This document shows positions 51,777 through 64,000 of a stretch of DNA of 64,000 nucleotides, piece after piece. Below the pieces are notes generated by a model. It was not told the DNA's origin and made no database searches. It saw only the letters and a list, made by a program, of their open reading frames with translations. Positions within the stretch are counted from its first letter, which is position 1. Every line of letters begins with the position of its first letter. The stretch is from the NCBI RefSeq assembly GCF_006345805.1, contig NC_042997.1, forward strand, positions 3,720,001 to 3,784,000, read 5' to 3'. Made by a program: the position numbers and the translations under genes. The stretch is from Octopus sinensis (taxonomy: Eukaryota).

Positions 51777-52981
51777 CAGGAGTTGGACAAAATAATAGAA
51801 GCCTAATATTTCAAACAAATTTCTTTTAATATGGGGTAGGTCCGCCTTTGGCAGTAACTAGAGCTTCACTTCTATGAGGGACAAAGTTTGAAGCATTTCC
51901 AAATGAACTTTTAACCATTCTTCAGCAAAAACAGTCTCCAGGTTCTGTAATGATGATGGTGGTCGACATCAGCTCCTTAATTGTTTTTCTAAAATGCACC
52001 ATAACTGATCCATAATATTGAGACCTGGGGACTGTTGTGTCCACATAATATGTTCAACTTCACTAGAATGTTCCTCGTGCCATTCAGTAACAACTTTAAC
52101 TTTGTAAATCGGTGCATTATCATCCCGAAAGACTCCGTTTCCCCCCGGAAACATTTCCGCAAACAGAAGGTGGAATCGATCAGATAAAATTCTTAAATAG
52201 TCTTGACTATTAATTCTGCAATGAAGGGAAAACATTGATATACCCCCACCCCCAGATCATCACAGATCATCCTCCATGTTTAACAGTTGGAGGAATGCAG
52301 TCTTTTGGTTGTCTCCACACGTATACTCGGCCTCAGATCGGAAATAATGTAAGGGATGATTCGTCCGAGAAAGGGACATTCTTTCACTGCTCTAGGGACC
52401 AATTCTGCAGGAATTTTTTTACTCCACTCTAAACGCTTTGCAACGCATGTTTATGGGAAAAGTGGTTTTGTTTTTGTTTTTGTCTTGTTTTTTGCTTGCA
52501 TCTCTCCTGTGAAATCCGGCTCTTTGTAACTCCCGGCGAACGCTGTTTGTCATTAACTTCTGCAGTAATTTTGGGAGCTGCAATTCGCGTAAGTGTCCGA
52601 CGGTCCCTTTCTGAAAGTTTTGATTTCCTTCAGGATTCTTGATGCAACGAGGAGCTTTTTCCCTCTTTCTCAAGGGCTGTCATTACTTTTCAGACTAATA
52701 CTTGATACACCAAAGATTTCGGCTCTTTTCGTTACGCTGACGCCTGCCATACGAGCACCAATAATTTGACCTCTTTGAAAGGTAGATCTGTCATTTTAAT
52801 TAATTTTAATTACCTTTCTCTGACGATATCAGAAAAGGAATAACAATTTTAGCAAAACATATAAAGCCACATTAACAATAAATCAAAAAGCAATAACATA
52901 AACAAGCTTTTGACGGTTTTATAGATATTTCAAAATTATGATGCTATGCCGCTAGGTGTTTCCATTATTTTGTCTCCCGTG
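51777..52981 (-). mobile_element. Tc1-like (DD34E) DNA transposon, inactivated
   Basis: Imperfect TIRs (caggagttggacaaaataatagaagcc / cacgggagacaaaataatggaaacacc) with TA on both sides; FSDESS, FRDDNAPIY, WTQQSPGLNIMDQLW..LEKQLR. Confidence 0.88.
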
Positions 52982-52983
52982 TA

Positions 52984-53053
52984 AGTATGTATGTGTATGT
53001 ATATATGCATATGTATGTATTTGTATATATGTATATATATATATGTATATAGG

Positions 53054-53084
<31 letters not shown>

Positions 53085-53241
53085 ATGTGTGTGTGTATAC
53101 ATACACATGTATATGTCTATATATATGCATATGTATATATATATATATGTATGAGTGTGTGTGTATGTATGCATATATTTGTATACATATATATTTGTAT
53201 ACATATGAGTATACGTATATATATATTATATATATATATAT

Positions 53242-53318
<77 letters not shown>

Positions 53319-53500
53319 TGCACATATACATATACATATATATATGTATAATATATCTACATATAGGTATCCATATATATATATACATATGTATATGTAT
53401 GTCTATATATATACACACACACATACACACACACATATATATATATATATACATACACACATGTATATCAACATATATATACTTAAGTGTATATATGTTG
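52984..53500. repeat. (TA)n/(TG)n/(CA)n mosaic microsatellite
   Basis: Direct reading. Confidence 0.9.
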
Positions 53501-54329
53501 TGCATGTGAGTGCGTTTCCGTGTTCTTGCAAAGTCGTAGTCTAACTCGTGTGTATAATATCGTTCACTAACTTACAGATGTTTCTGTAATATACTATATT
53601 GCATATGCACAGATTAATATGTTCAACGATTACTGTACCAAAGAAAGCAGGTGTGGAATACCGAATGTGATTATGTAACCACTGTTCTTTTGGCATTCAA
53701 TGTATATATATATATTATATATATATATATATGAGACCCACTTCGGTCATGGCTGATCGTGGGTTTGCACCTAGAAAGTTACCCACGCAGGTATAATCCG
53801 GGCAAGTTTGTTTATAGAAGACCAGCAGTCGCCCATGCACAACCGCCTCCCATCTGCACGCCACCATCTCATCTTGAGATGAAAATACATCAAAAATTGT
53901 CATAATATATTGCTAGGGAATGGAGAAAGTACACTTCGTTTTCTGAAAATCAACGTTTTGGACTTACGATACTTTTCCATAATAGCAACGATACACTCAC
54001 GCACGCGCACGCACACACACACATATATATATATATACAGAGAGTGAAAGAGAGAAAGAGAGAAAATTTGAGAGGTGGAGAGACCGATTGAACCGAACAC
54101 GTTTGCATTGGATCAGATTATGGACATTCGTAAATAAGCAGAAGTATATAAGGTTGATAAAATTGTATTTTTCTTTAGGCTCATGTTTCCAGAAAAGTAA
54201 GGCCCCTGGTCGTGCATCGTTTTGAAAATCCAAGTTCTTTGTAACGTTAGGCTAAACTTAATTTATCTCTGATTTTCGTGTGTAAATAAGACGTGGTTGA
54301 CTAAGAGCATTCTTTCGGGTGATTTACAA

Positions 54330-55150
54330 ACATTTTTGTGCGTGCATTATAATAAAGCCTTACGCCTTTTAACAACGCAACAAACGACCAAAAGACTTTA
54401 ATGAAGTTTCTGCTAATGTTAGAAAAGTATGTGTCCCCAAAATCCAAGGAATAGATCAAAGTATGATAGTTAGCTTAAGGGTATATTATCATGGAATGAT
54501 GTTTCATTTATATATTAGTGGGAATAAACCTACATTTAGAGACTTCTGGAAGAGATTCAGCACAATGGAACACGTGAATAACATAACTGAATCATAAGAT
54601 GAACCAAAATACGTTATTTTGAAATTGTGTTTGGTAAAGATCTATGGCTAAATTATATCCAATCGAAGTTTTCTACAAGCTCATCTTAATCTAAATTGGA
54701 ATAACAATACGAAACAAATAATAAAGGCTTGAATTAGTCACTAAGAATGGTACGATTCTGATGATATTGTTACATAGGAAATTTTTATATAATGAGGAGC
54801 CGATACTGTTAGAGCACGACGCAGATGATGTTTTAGAACAACAGCCAACTGATAATATGGATCAGAATACAGACATTGAACCACCTTCAAAAAAAAATCA
54901 TAGGAAACATTACAGCTGAAGCTTGAGACTTATAGATAAAACTCCGCATGTGTTTCCTGATGTCAATACTAATATATAAGTTACAATAGTTAGCTCCTAT
55001 GTACTCACATCCTACACTGAGATATATAAGTTGCTTGTGTGCCAGAAGCTACAATTTTGCATAGTGTCGCCAGTTCTCACAGTAACTCGTATATATTCAG
55101 TCCTATGCTTCACAGAGTAGCGAACATATTTTGAGTAAGTAATATAGTAA
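54330..55150 (+). mobile_element. Possible hAT transposase remnant
   Basis: AQWNT (TRWNS-like) near 54560 and PMLHRVANIF near 55100 (dimerisation-domain-like); weak. Confidence 0.2.
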
Positions 55151-55599
55151 GATGATATCACGATACTTATGTACTTCCAAAATACTCCTCAAGTATTTAT
55201 TTATTTATTCATTGAAAACATATTGTATTCTGTGTTTTGAAACTGGCTTCACGCACAAAATCATTGTTTTGTTTCGTTATTTTCTTTAGTATTTCGCAAA
55301 AGAAAACACGAAAAAATTTCAGAACGCATGATCTCATTATACAAAAATTCCCGCATCACGAAATCTTACTTTACAAGAGCTTTTAAGGAACACGTTATTC
55401 CCGTAACCAGGGGAATCTTCTACTTACACACAAAAATATGAGTTTGTAAAATACATTAGTTCGTTTATTTCTACTATTATTTGAATGAATATTTTGTTCT
55501 GGGAGTTGTGTGGATTAAAAAACATATATGAAATTTCCTTCAAGATTCATAGGCTTTGAATATCGGTTTCTCGGATACTGAGGTGCATATATTCTGCCT

Positions 55600-55765
55600 T
55601 CCTCCCACCTGACCGGGATGCCGGTCTGTGGCAAGATTATTCATTTTTGGCAGCCAGGTAAACTAGAGCGAAGAGAAATGAATTGTTTGGATCGGAAACA
55701 CAGTGCATCACTCGATCCAGCAATCGAAACCACACACTTTCGATCATAAGCACTGTGCGTGCTCC
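55600..55765 (-). mobile_element. Degraded SINE (third family)
   Basis: gggatgccggtc..caatcgaaaccacacactttcgatcat, with a reverse-complement B-box-like GTTTCGATTG. Confidence 0.55.
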
Positions 55766-55849
55766 TAGGATTTATAGTTAATTGTGTTATATTCTCCCAC
55801 TACATACTAATTTTTATATTTGATGAAATTCTGTTTACTTTCCGACACA

Positions 55850-56900
55850 TGAGGATTAAATGCCAACTAAATAAAAGCCATTAGCATTTTCTATACCTGC
55901 TAGACTTCTGTCTTCTTCTCGATATCTTGAATTTACCAAAGTCGACCGACACCGTTATACAACGTACGGAGAGACAGTTACTACAGGAAGAATTGCACCG
56001 AAATGATTTTCACGCAACAATCTCGAACACAGAAACACTTCCGGGTCCTTGACAGTCTGTTTAGATGAATGCCGTTCGATTGATCCACATTGTCCATGAG
56101 AAATTGTGCATATACAGATGAAAATTAGTCACCCAAATAGGATGTTGTCATGATACCGTCGTAAGTCAGCTGCACTCCATGAGTAATGGTTCTAAATTCT
56201 TAATTCATGAACCAAAGAGGCAAATTCCCGCGATCCTCTCGCAACTCGAAGACACAAACAGATTTCTCTACCAAATCGCCAGTGGTGATGAAAATGGTTT
56301 CTTTAAGACAGTACGAAAGAAACGAATGATTCAGTTACGACAAACAGTCAAAACCTCAAGCGAAATCAGGGCTGCATCGATGCAAAACAGAACTGCCTTT
56401 GTGGAACTGTGAAGGGCTAATCCACTACCAACTACTCGAAAGCAACAACACATTCAATGCGGAATTTTACACTCTGGGACATTCACCGACTTAACGAAGC
56501 AATCAAAACGAAACGACTTGACTAATGATTGGTTCGCTTCTTCATCATAACAGTAATTGCCCCACATCACTTCTTTAACCGCAAATGCTATTGAAGGCTT
56601 CGGTTGACAGTTCTAACACAACCGTCGCGTTCTCCAAATATAGATCTTTGAGACTTTCTTCATTTGAGATCTCTCTCAGATAGCGAGATGCTTTATTCAG
56701 CAAAAACCTGGAGCTTAAAAAGTGGGTCCATGAATTCTTCGAGTGAGACTCAGTGATTTTCATCGCAAAAATATTGAAAAACCAGGAAAAGTTTGGCAAG
56801 AGGGTGTGAACAATGATAGGGAATTATATTCATGACTGTTTTGTTATAATTGTTGATGAAAAATAAGATTTAAAATATGTGGAAAAGAACCTAAAGAATT
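55850..56900 (+). mobile_element. Degraded mariner transposon
   Basis: IASGDENG (IVTGDEKW-like), W(NC)EGLIHYQLLE, LLHHNSN (LLHDNA-like), SPNIDL (YSPDL-like); TIRs not resolved. Confidence 0.75.
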
Positions 56901-57789
56901 TATCTGACTATTCAATGACCACATGCACACACACACACACACACACATGTGCACATACTTACACACGCACACGCACGCACTCACACACGCACGTACACAC
57001 ATAGATATATTTATAATTTCCTGTGTATCTATAAAATTTAATCATTCTGGCGAATTTTTGGTGACATTCGATTACTCATACAGCTGTAATTCCTGGTTAC
57101 CCACTCTTTTGATTGATTTTCCTGTAGATCAATATATAACTGAACCTTTGTCTATCAATTAGTTTTACTAGATTGTCTGTATCCTTGTGGTGATGATGGT
57201 GAAAATATTTATATATTCCACATGTTATAACTAATATTGTATCCTCGTTTCTTAATATGAGGAATGGACAAAAAAAAAGACAATGTAGAAATATTATGAA
57301 TTTATACATGCCATACAGGTGTCGATGGCAAATCTTGAATATTAAAAACGGAAACCTGATGGGAAAGAATGACACGTGTCCAAATGAGCTACAGAAATAA
57401 TTTCGATAAATAAATAAATAGGCATCTAAAACATTTTTACAATGACAAAAATGCTGTACTTAGATGAAATATTTGGCTTTACATTTTTAAGCAAGCTATA
57501 TATTTATTCTTTATTAAATACATCAGAGATGCAATTTTTTCGGCCGACTCATTTTACCCTTGGAAACGATGGGCTTGACATCTGAGTTTAATTTGTATAT
57601 GGCTAAACATAAATTAACGAAAATGCTTCGTCTGGGCTGGTAGCATGCACTTCAATACTTCACGAAGTATTTTGTTACTGAATTGTAGTTTAGCTTTTAG
57701 TCATTTTCATACACAATTTTTATTACATCAGTAATTTATGACACTTTCACAACTAGGTTATTTCCCTTATTTACTCAGCTTCAGATTAG

Positions 57790-58380
57790 CGAAAAATATT
57801 CCACAATATATTTTCCTGAACTGCACAACTCGTAACATTGCTTTCTGCTTATTTAGTAAGAATAATAGCTGATAAAATATGTTTCATTTACCTAACAATT
57901 CTATCACGTAACACTATTTTTATTTCCATGTCAGTTCAAATTATATTTTCATTATATTCCTACACAGCACAGCAAATATGTTCAATAGTATACACATATT
58001 TGGCCGTCTGAAAATCTAGCTGTCACCTGAATAATTGCAGTGTCAATAAACATCAAATATATGTTGAAGTTCGGATTTAATTGTGCATTGAATGGATTTG
58101 AATTAGTTCTGAGAAAAGTTTTAATATTCATTATTGCATGGAAAATATTTTTAGGATTGGTGAATAATTGACATATATATTGATGAATATTCGGAAACCG
58201 CCTGTACCAGTATAATAAATATTATCACATAATATTTATATTCTTGGAATAATGACAAAATAGGTTTACGTCTTCAATAAAGGCAATCTGTATCTAAACC
58301 ATGTGACAATTTATAATGACCTAGAGTTCAACTTCATTTATCATATGTCTGTATGACAAAGAGTATCATACAGTTCTCTC
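57790..58380 (-). pseudogene. Possible decayed EGF-like exons
   Basis: QCYELCSSGKY at 57840-57808, AKYVYTIEHICC near 57960-57995, ENCMIL..TDCL near 58290-58380. Confidence 0.3.
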
Positions 58381-58419
58381 TTTAAGAGATGGGGAATTAC
58401 GTACATTCTTTACATTACT

Positions 58420-58625
58420 CATTTACTCTTTTACTTGTTTCAGTCCTTTGACTGTGGCCATGCTTGAGCACCGCCTTTAGTCAAGCTAATCGACCCCAAT
58501 ACTTATTATTTGTACGCCTAGTACTTATTCTATCGGTCTATTTACCGAACCACTAAGTTACGGGGACGTAAACACATCAGCATCAGTTGTCAAGCGATGT
58601 TGGGGTGGACATACACAGACATACA
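58420..58625 (-). mobile_element. SINE family B 3' part
   Basis: tttactcttttacttgtttcagtc..gactgtggccatgc..gtcaagcgatgttgggg; same family as the 13.6-16 kb array. Confidence 0.88.
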
Positions 58626-58655
58626 AACATATGCACCAACAAATACATACATACA

Positions 58656-58779
<124 letters not shown>

Positions 58780-58794
58780 CATTTATACGTTTTT

Positions 58795-59410
<616 letters not shown>

Positions 59411-59499
59411 GATGTGAATGCAAAGCGAATTATTAACTGAAGGATAGATTGCCCAAATTAAACAAGCAGTAAGGGATAAAAATAAAGAATATACAACAT

Positions 59500-62400
59500 A
59501 ATAAATAATTATAGACCAGCCCAGGGCTAATGGAAATGCAGTAATGATTGAAAGAGTTAATATAATTCATAAACACAGTCAAATACTCTCTGATCCAACC
59601 ATAAATACTAAAGTAGATGAAAATCAAATAGATGAAGATTTTCACTCACAAATTGAGCTAAAAGAACTATATGATCTGAAACATCAAATCATTATTGAAT
59701 GGCCAAAAATTAAAGAAACCGGTATGAATGAACACGATACTCTCCCAAAACTTCGTAATTCTTACAAAAACCTGAAAATAATTGGTAAAATCCACCTTGC
59801 ACTTAGGGATATAATTTCAGCTAATGATGCTGATATTACAGATCTCAAGTTTAGAAAACGACAAAATTCTCCAAAAAAGCCTTCTTGGCAAGAGAGTATT
59901 CAACAACAAATTAAGCTACTTATGTCTGACATAGAATGTTTGAAAAACCTTAAGTTTAACAAGGCTATCAAACCTACAAAAAGACGAAAATTAAAGAAAA
60001 AATATAATATTAAAACCATATTTGACATTGATACCACAATAGACACCATCAAGCAAAAGGTATGTGCTAAAGTTGCTTGCATAGCAATGTAGGAAAAGCG
60101 TGTTACGTTCTTCATGGACAACAACACGTTCAAAAATAACCCCCAAAATATTTACAGATAGATAGGGAAAACACCAGTTACAGTAAAGTATGTCTCATCA
60201 AAAGAAGAAGTACAGGAAATTTGGCATAACATTTGGGCAGAAGGAGAAACACACAGTGGAAAGGCCCCTTAGATTAATAGAATATCTACAGACTTAGACT
60301 CGTTAGAGGATCAAATGTGGGAGTGTGAGAAGGTAGAAAATATAAGACCTTCACTCAGGAGGTTAAGCAAATGGAAGTCTACAGGAAAAGACTACATTCC
60401 TACCTTCTGGTTCATTGCCTTTCCAGAGAGCCATGAACTACTGACAAAACTTTACAACGAAGTTTTGCAACATACTAGTATGATCCCCTCTTGGATAGTT
60501 AATGGTGTATCATTTCTGATTCAATAAAAAAAAGAAATAAATTAAAACATTATCAACACATACCCTTCTTAACAACAGTGTAAAAAACCATAGCATCTGT
60601 CCTGACTGAATATACATATAATATTTTTTAAAAGAAAGTAGCTTATTCCCTAATAAACAAAAATAATGTTAATGTGGATATTATGACTTTAAAGGTCAGC
60701 TACGCATCGCCAAGATGATCTTGGGAGATTGTCACAATCGACACAAAACCTCTCAACATCCATTTGATAGCTTAACACAGCTGGATTAAGAAATGTCTGC
60801 AAATGTATAACATAGCGCCTACGCTGCGAAATATGTTGTCAGTAAGTATGAGATCATGGAGAAACACACTGACATTCAACAGTGACAATGAATCTCTAAA
60901 TGCTGGACATGTAAGAATGTCAAGTGCTATTTTCCAGGGTGACTTACTATTACTGCTTTTCTTTTGTCTAGCCTTAACACCGCTCTCAAAATTGCTCAAT
61001 GTTGCGCAGTACGGTGATAAAATGTTTGATAAAAATATAAATCATCTCATTTACATGGATGATTTAAAGCTATTTGCAAAAAATGACCAACAAATGGAGG
61101 GCTTACTAGCGATTGCTAAAGAATTCAATGCTGATATAAGAATGCAATTTGGCCTAGATAAATGTGCAAAATTTAACTTTATGAAAATGACAGAAACATC
61201 TAACGTTAACCTTGAACATCAGAATGTCATTAAAGATTTAGAACCAGAGGAGGGCTAGAAATAATTAGGGGTAATTTAAGGGGACGGAATCAAATATGCA
61301 GTGATGAGGGAAAAGATCAAAAGAGAATGTTATCGCAGGATGAGAGCAACACTGAAGACAGAGCTGAATGCAAGAAACAGGATCAAAGCAATCATGCTTT
61401 AGCAATACAAGTCCTGACTTACAGTTTCAATATCATTAACAAGACAATTACAGAAATATGTAACTTGGCAGAAAAATACGAAAACTTTTGACAATGCTTA
61501 CAATGCACCGCTATTAGGCAGATAGAGAACAACTTTATCTGCCAAGAAAAGGAGGCCGTGAATTTTACAACTGGCATTAATGAAAACTGTCACAATTGGT
61601 CTAGACACCTACCTGAAAAACACTGACAACTGGATGTTAAATCTTGTCTCAAAATATGAAAACATGAAAGTATCATATTCAGTTACAAAACAGGCAAAGT
61701 AGTATCTAAGTGAATTCCGAATACAGCAAGTTCCAGAATTAGACGTACAAGAAAGAAGCGCGGGAAAAGCTAAGCGCATGAAAACACGTACTCCAACAGC
61801 TGCCTTGGACATTCAGACTGATACACGGCAAGAGAAAACCACTCAATGGCAAATAACAAAAGAGAGAGTATAATACCAATATTCACAAAGCGGTTGTCCA
61901 TCAATGACTAATGTCATTTGGCTTAAAATCAGAAATAGTATGGTTTATCATAGCAGCCTAAAATCAATGCCTACCTGTAAGTAATTACCAGTTCAACATA
62001 TTAAGCAACGGCAGCTCGCCAATATGTCGCGTATGTCAACAACAAAATGAAACCGTCGATCATGTTGTCTCCAACTGCAGATTTCTTGTGCCTACAGAGT
62101 ATCTCTACAGGTATGATAGAGCTGCACAATATAATCACTGGGTAATTTGCAAAAACTGGACTTGCCTCGTGATAAAAACTGCTGGGAACACAAGCCACCT
62201 CCAGTGCTTGAAAATAGTTACATCTCACAGCTCTGGACCTTCACCATTCAAACTCAGAGAAAGATAGATGCAAATAGGCCAGGCATCATATTGAAAGACT
62301 TCAGACAAAAACGACGCCTCGTCATTGATATGACTGTCCCGGCTGATATAAATGTATCTATCAGGAGCTACCAAAATCTGAGCAAGTATAAAGGTCTTGA

Positions 62401-62778
62401 AATAGAAATTACCAAAATGTGGAACTTCAGGATTAAAACAATACCTGTTGTCATAGGTGACCAAGGAATAATGTCAAAAGGGTTTGATTGCTGCCTAGTT
62501 CTGATACCAGGAAACCTGTAACGGCAGAAATTCAAAAGATAGTGCGCAAAAGAACTGCCCATATCCTACGTAAAATACTGTCTATGTAATCTCAAATTTT
62601 AAAAACATAATTTTCTTATGGTTTCTTTAACATTCTCTAGAACATCACTATGTTCAAAACCCAATACATGGCACACTAGGAATAACACCAGCATGAACTT
62701 CTAAATTGTCTCTTGAGGTCTCTGGGTGAGCCTTGTTGCCAACATGTAGAAATGCAAAGCAAAAGTCAAACATAAAAT
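59500..62778 (+). mobile_element. Near full-length degraded family B R4/Dong-like LINE
   Basis: KWKSTGKD, IFQGD, YMDDLKLFAK, RPGIILKD..QNLSKYKGLEI; 3' UTR ending gcaaaagtcaaacataaaatag, then (TAA)n to ~62846; colinear with 9768-11593. Confidence 0.9.
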
Positions 62779-62788
62779 AGTAATAATC

Positions 62789-62842
<54 letters not shown>

Positions 62843-62894
62843 TAATAAATGCCCTTATGCCCAGTTCATATTCATTATTATGCCTAGCCTACTA

Positions 62895-63330
62895 TAGCGC
62901 AGGCTTGGGTCTGTGGTAAGAAACTTCCTTCCAAGCCACATAGCTGTGTATTGAGTCCCACTATGTAGCACCTTGGAGAGGTGTCTTCCACTATAGGGTC
63001 GAGCCGACCAAAGCCTTGTGAATGGATTTGGTACACAGAACCTGAAAAAGCCCGTCGTATATATAGGTGTGCGCGAGTGAGTGTGCATAGATTTGTGTGG
63101 ATGTGTATGTATGTGTGCATGTGAGCGTATGTGTGTATGTGTCTTTGTGTGTGTGTTTGTTCCCCATAACCACTGGTGTATTTACGATCCAGTAAAATAG
63201 CGGTTCGGCAATAGAGACCGAGAGAATAAGTACTAAGCTTAAAAAGAAGTCATGGGGTCAATTCGTTCGACTGGAATTTCAAAGAAGTCGTACAGCATGG
63301 CCGCAGTCAAATGAATGAAACAAGTAAAAA
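62895..63330 (+). mobile_element. Full-length degraded SINE family B
   Basis: tRNA-like head (tgtggtaagaa..gagtccca), internal (TG)n, 3' end catggccgcagtcaaatgaatgaaacaagtaaaa. Confidence 0.8.
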
Positions 63331-64000
63331 ATATAGGAGTAAAAGAAAATGAATTCTATTGTCATGAAGTAAATATTCATTTGATTTATTAGAATTAATT
63401 GTTTAAAGCGTTTTATTATATACGATTCATAATTAAGCTATTGTTCTCATTCTAAACTACTGATAGGTATTTCAGTCTGGACCATTCTTTGAAATTACCT
63501 ATATGTTTTTTTTTAGGGGGGGGGGTTAATTGTATACGTAAGCAACAGCTTTCCATATTTCAAACACTGACATTCTGCCATCAATTTTAGATTGCCCATG
63601 AAAGCTTCATCCGATTCTCAAAATTTTTGTTTTATATTTTATTTGTAATTTTCTTTAGATTTCTTCTTAACTCGTTTTTGGGTGATTTTTCTGCTATGAG
63701 GCGATTTATTTTTGTCACAAAGACAAAATAAAAAAAAAAGAGAAATTATGTATCAAAACACTTTTGAATAATTCATTTGTGATTCGCTTTCACCATATTT
63801 GTAATATATGCAAAGCAACAAGGAGGGAAATCTGCTTAGCTATTTGAATTTGCATGATATTAGATTTGAGTACCGTTCAGCCAAATTGAAATACTTGTTA
63901 AAATTTCTTTTCAATAACAAAGGATCGTAAAATACATTGGTCACACGTTTCATTTCTCAGTAGTTTGAAAGTAAGAAAAATTTTCGGAAATACAGTGAGG

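Overview
AT-rich, repeat-saturated eukaryotic DNA with no intact host gene detected. The SINE families, the very long (AAT)n/(TA)n/(GAA)n tracts and the LINE types suggest an octopus/cephalopod genome (inference, not verifiable here). Main content: (1) At least four subfamilies of R4/Dong-like LINEs (RT + CCHC + restriction-like endonuclease), nearly all abutting (TAA)n and forming head-to-tail trains at 19.4-28.2 kb (+) and 44.1-49.4 kb (-). One 5'-truncated copy has an uninterrupted 529-aa ORF. (2) A small composite element: tRNA-like Pol III head + (AAT)n + a minimal Penelope-type hammerhead ribozyme motif. It occurs as a head-to-head palindrome at 58.8-59.4 kb and as two inverted arms bracketing the 44-49 kb LINE nest. 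This is the most interesting signal. (3) A 3.7-kb mosaic array at 13.3-17.0 kb built from a near-perfect ~170-bp palindrome (x4) and a SINE fragment (x7) joined by (TA)n. (4) Mariner, Tc1, MITE, Helitron, SINE and older LINE remnants. (5) Scattered stop-ridden Cys-rich (multiple-EGF-like) fragments, all on the minus strand, that may be a decayed multi-exon gene (low confidence). Most ORFs in the supplied track are microsatellite translations. All alignments were done by eye; no database searches were run.
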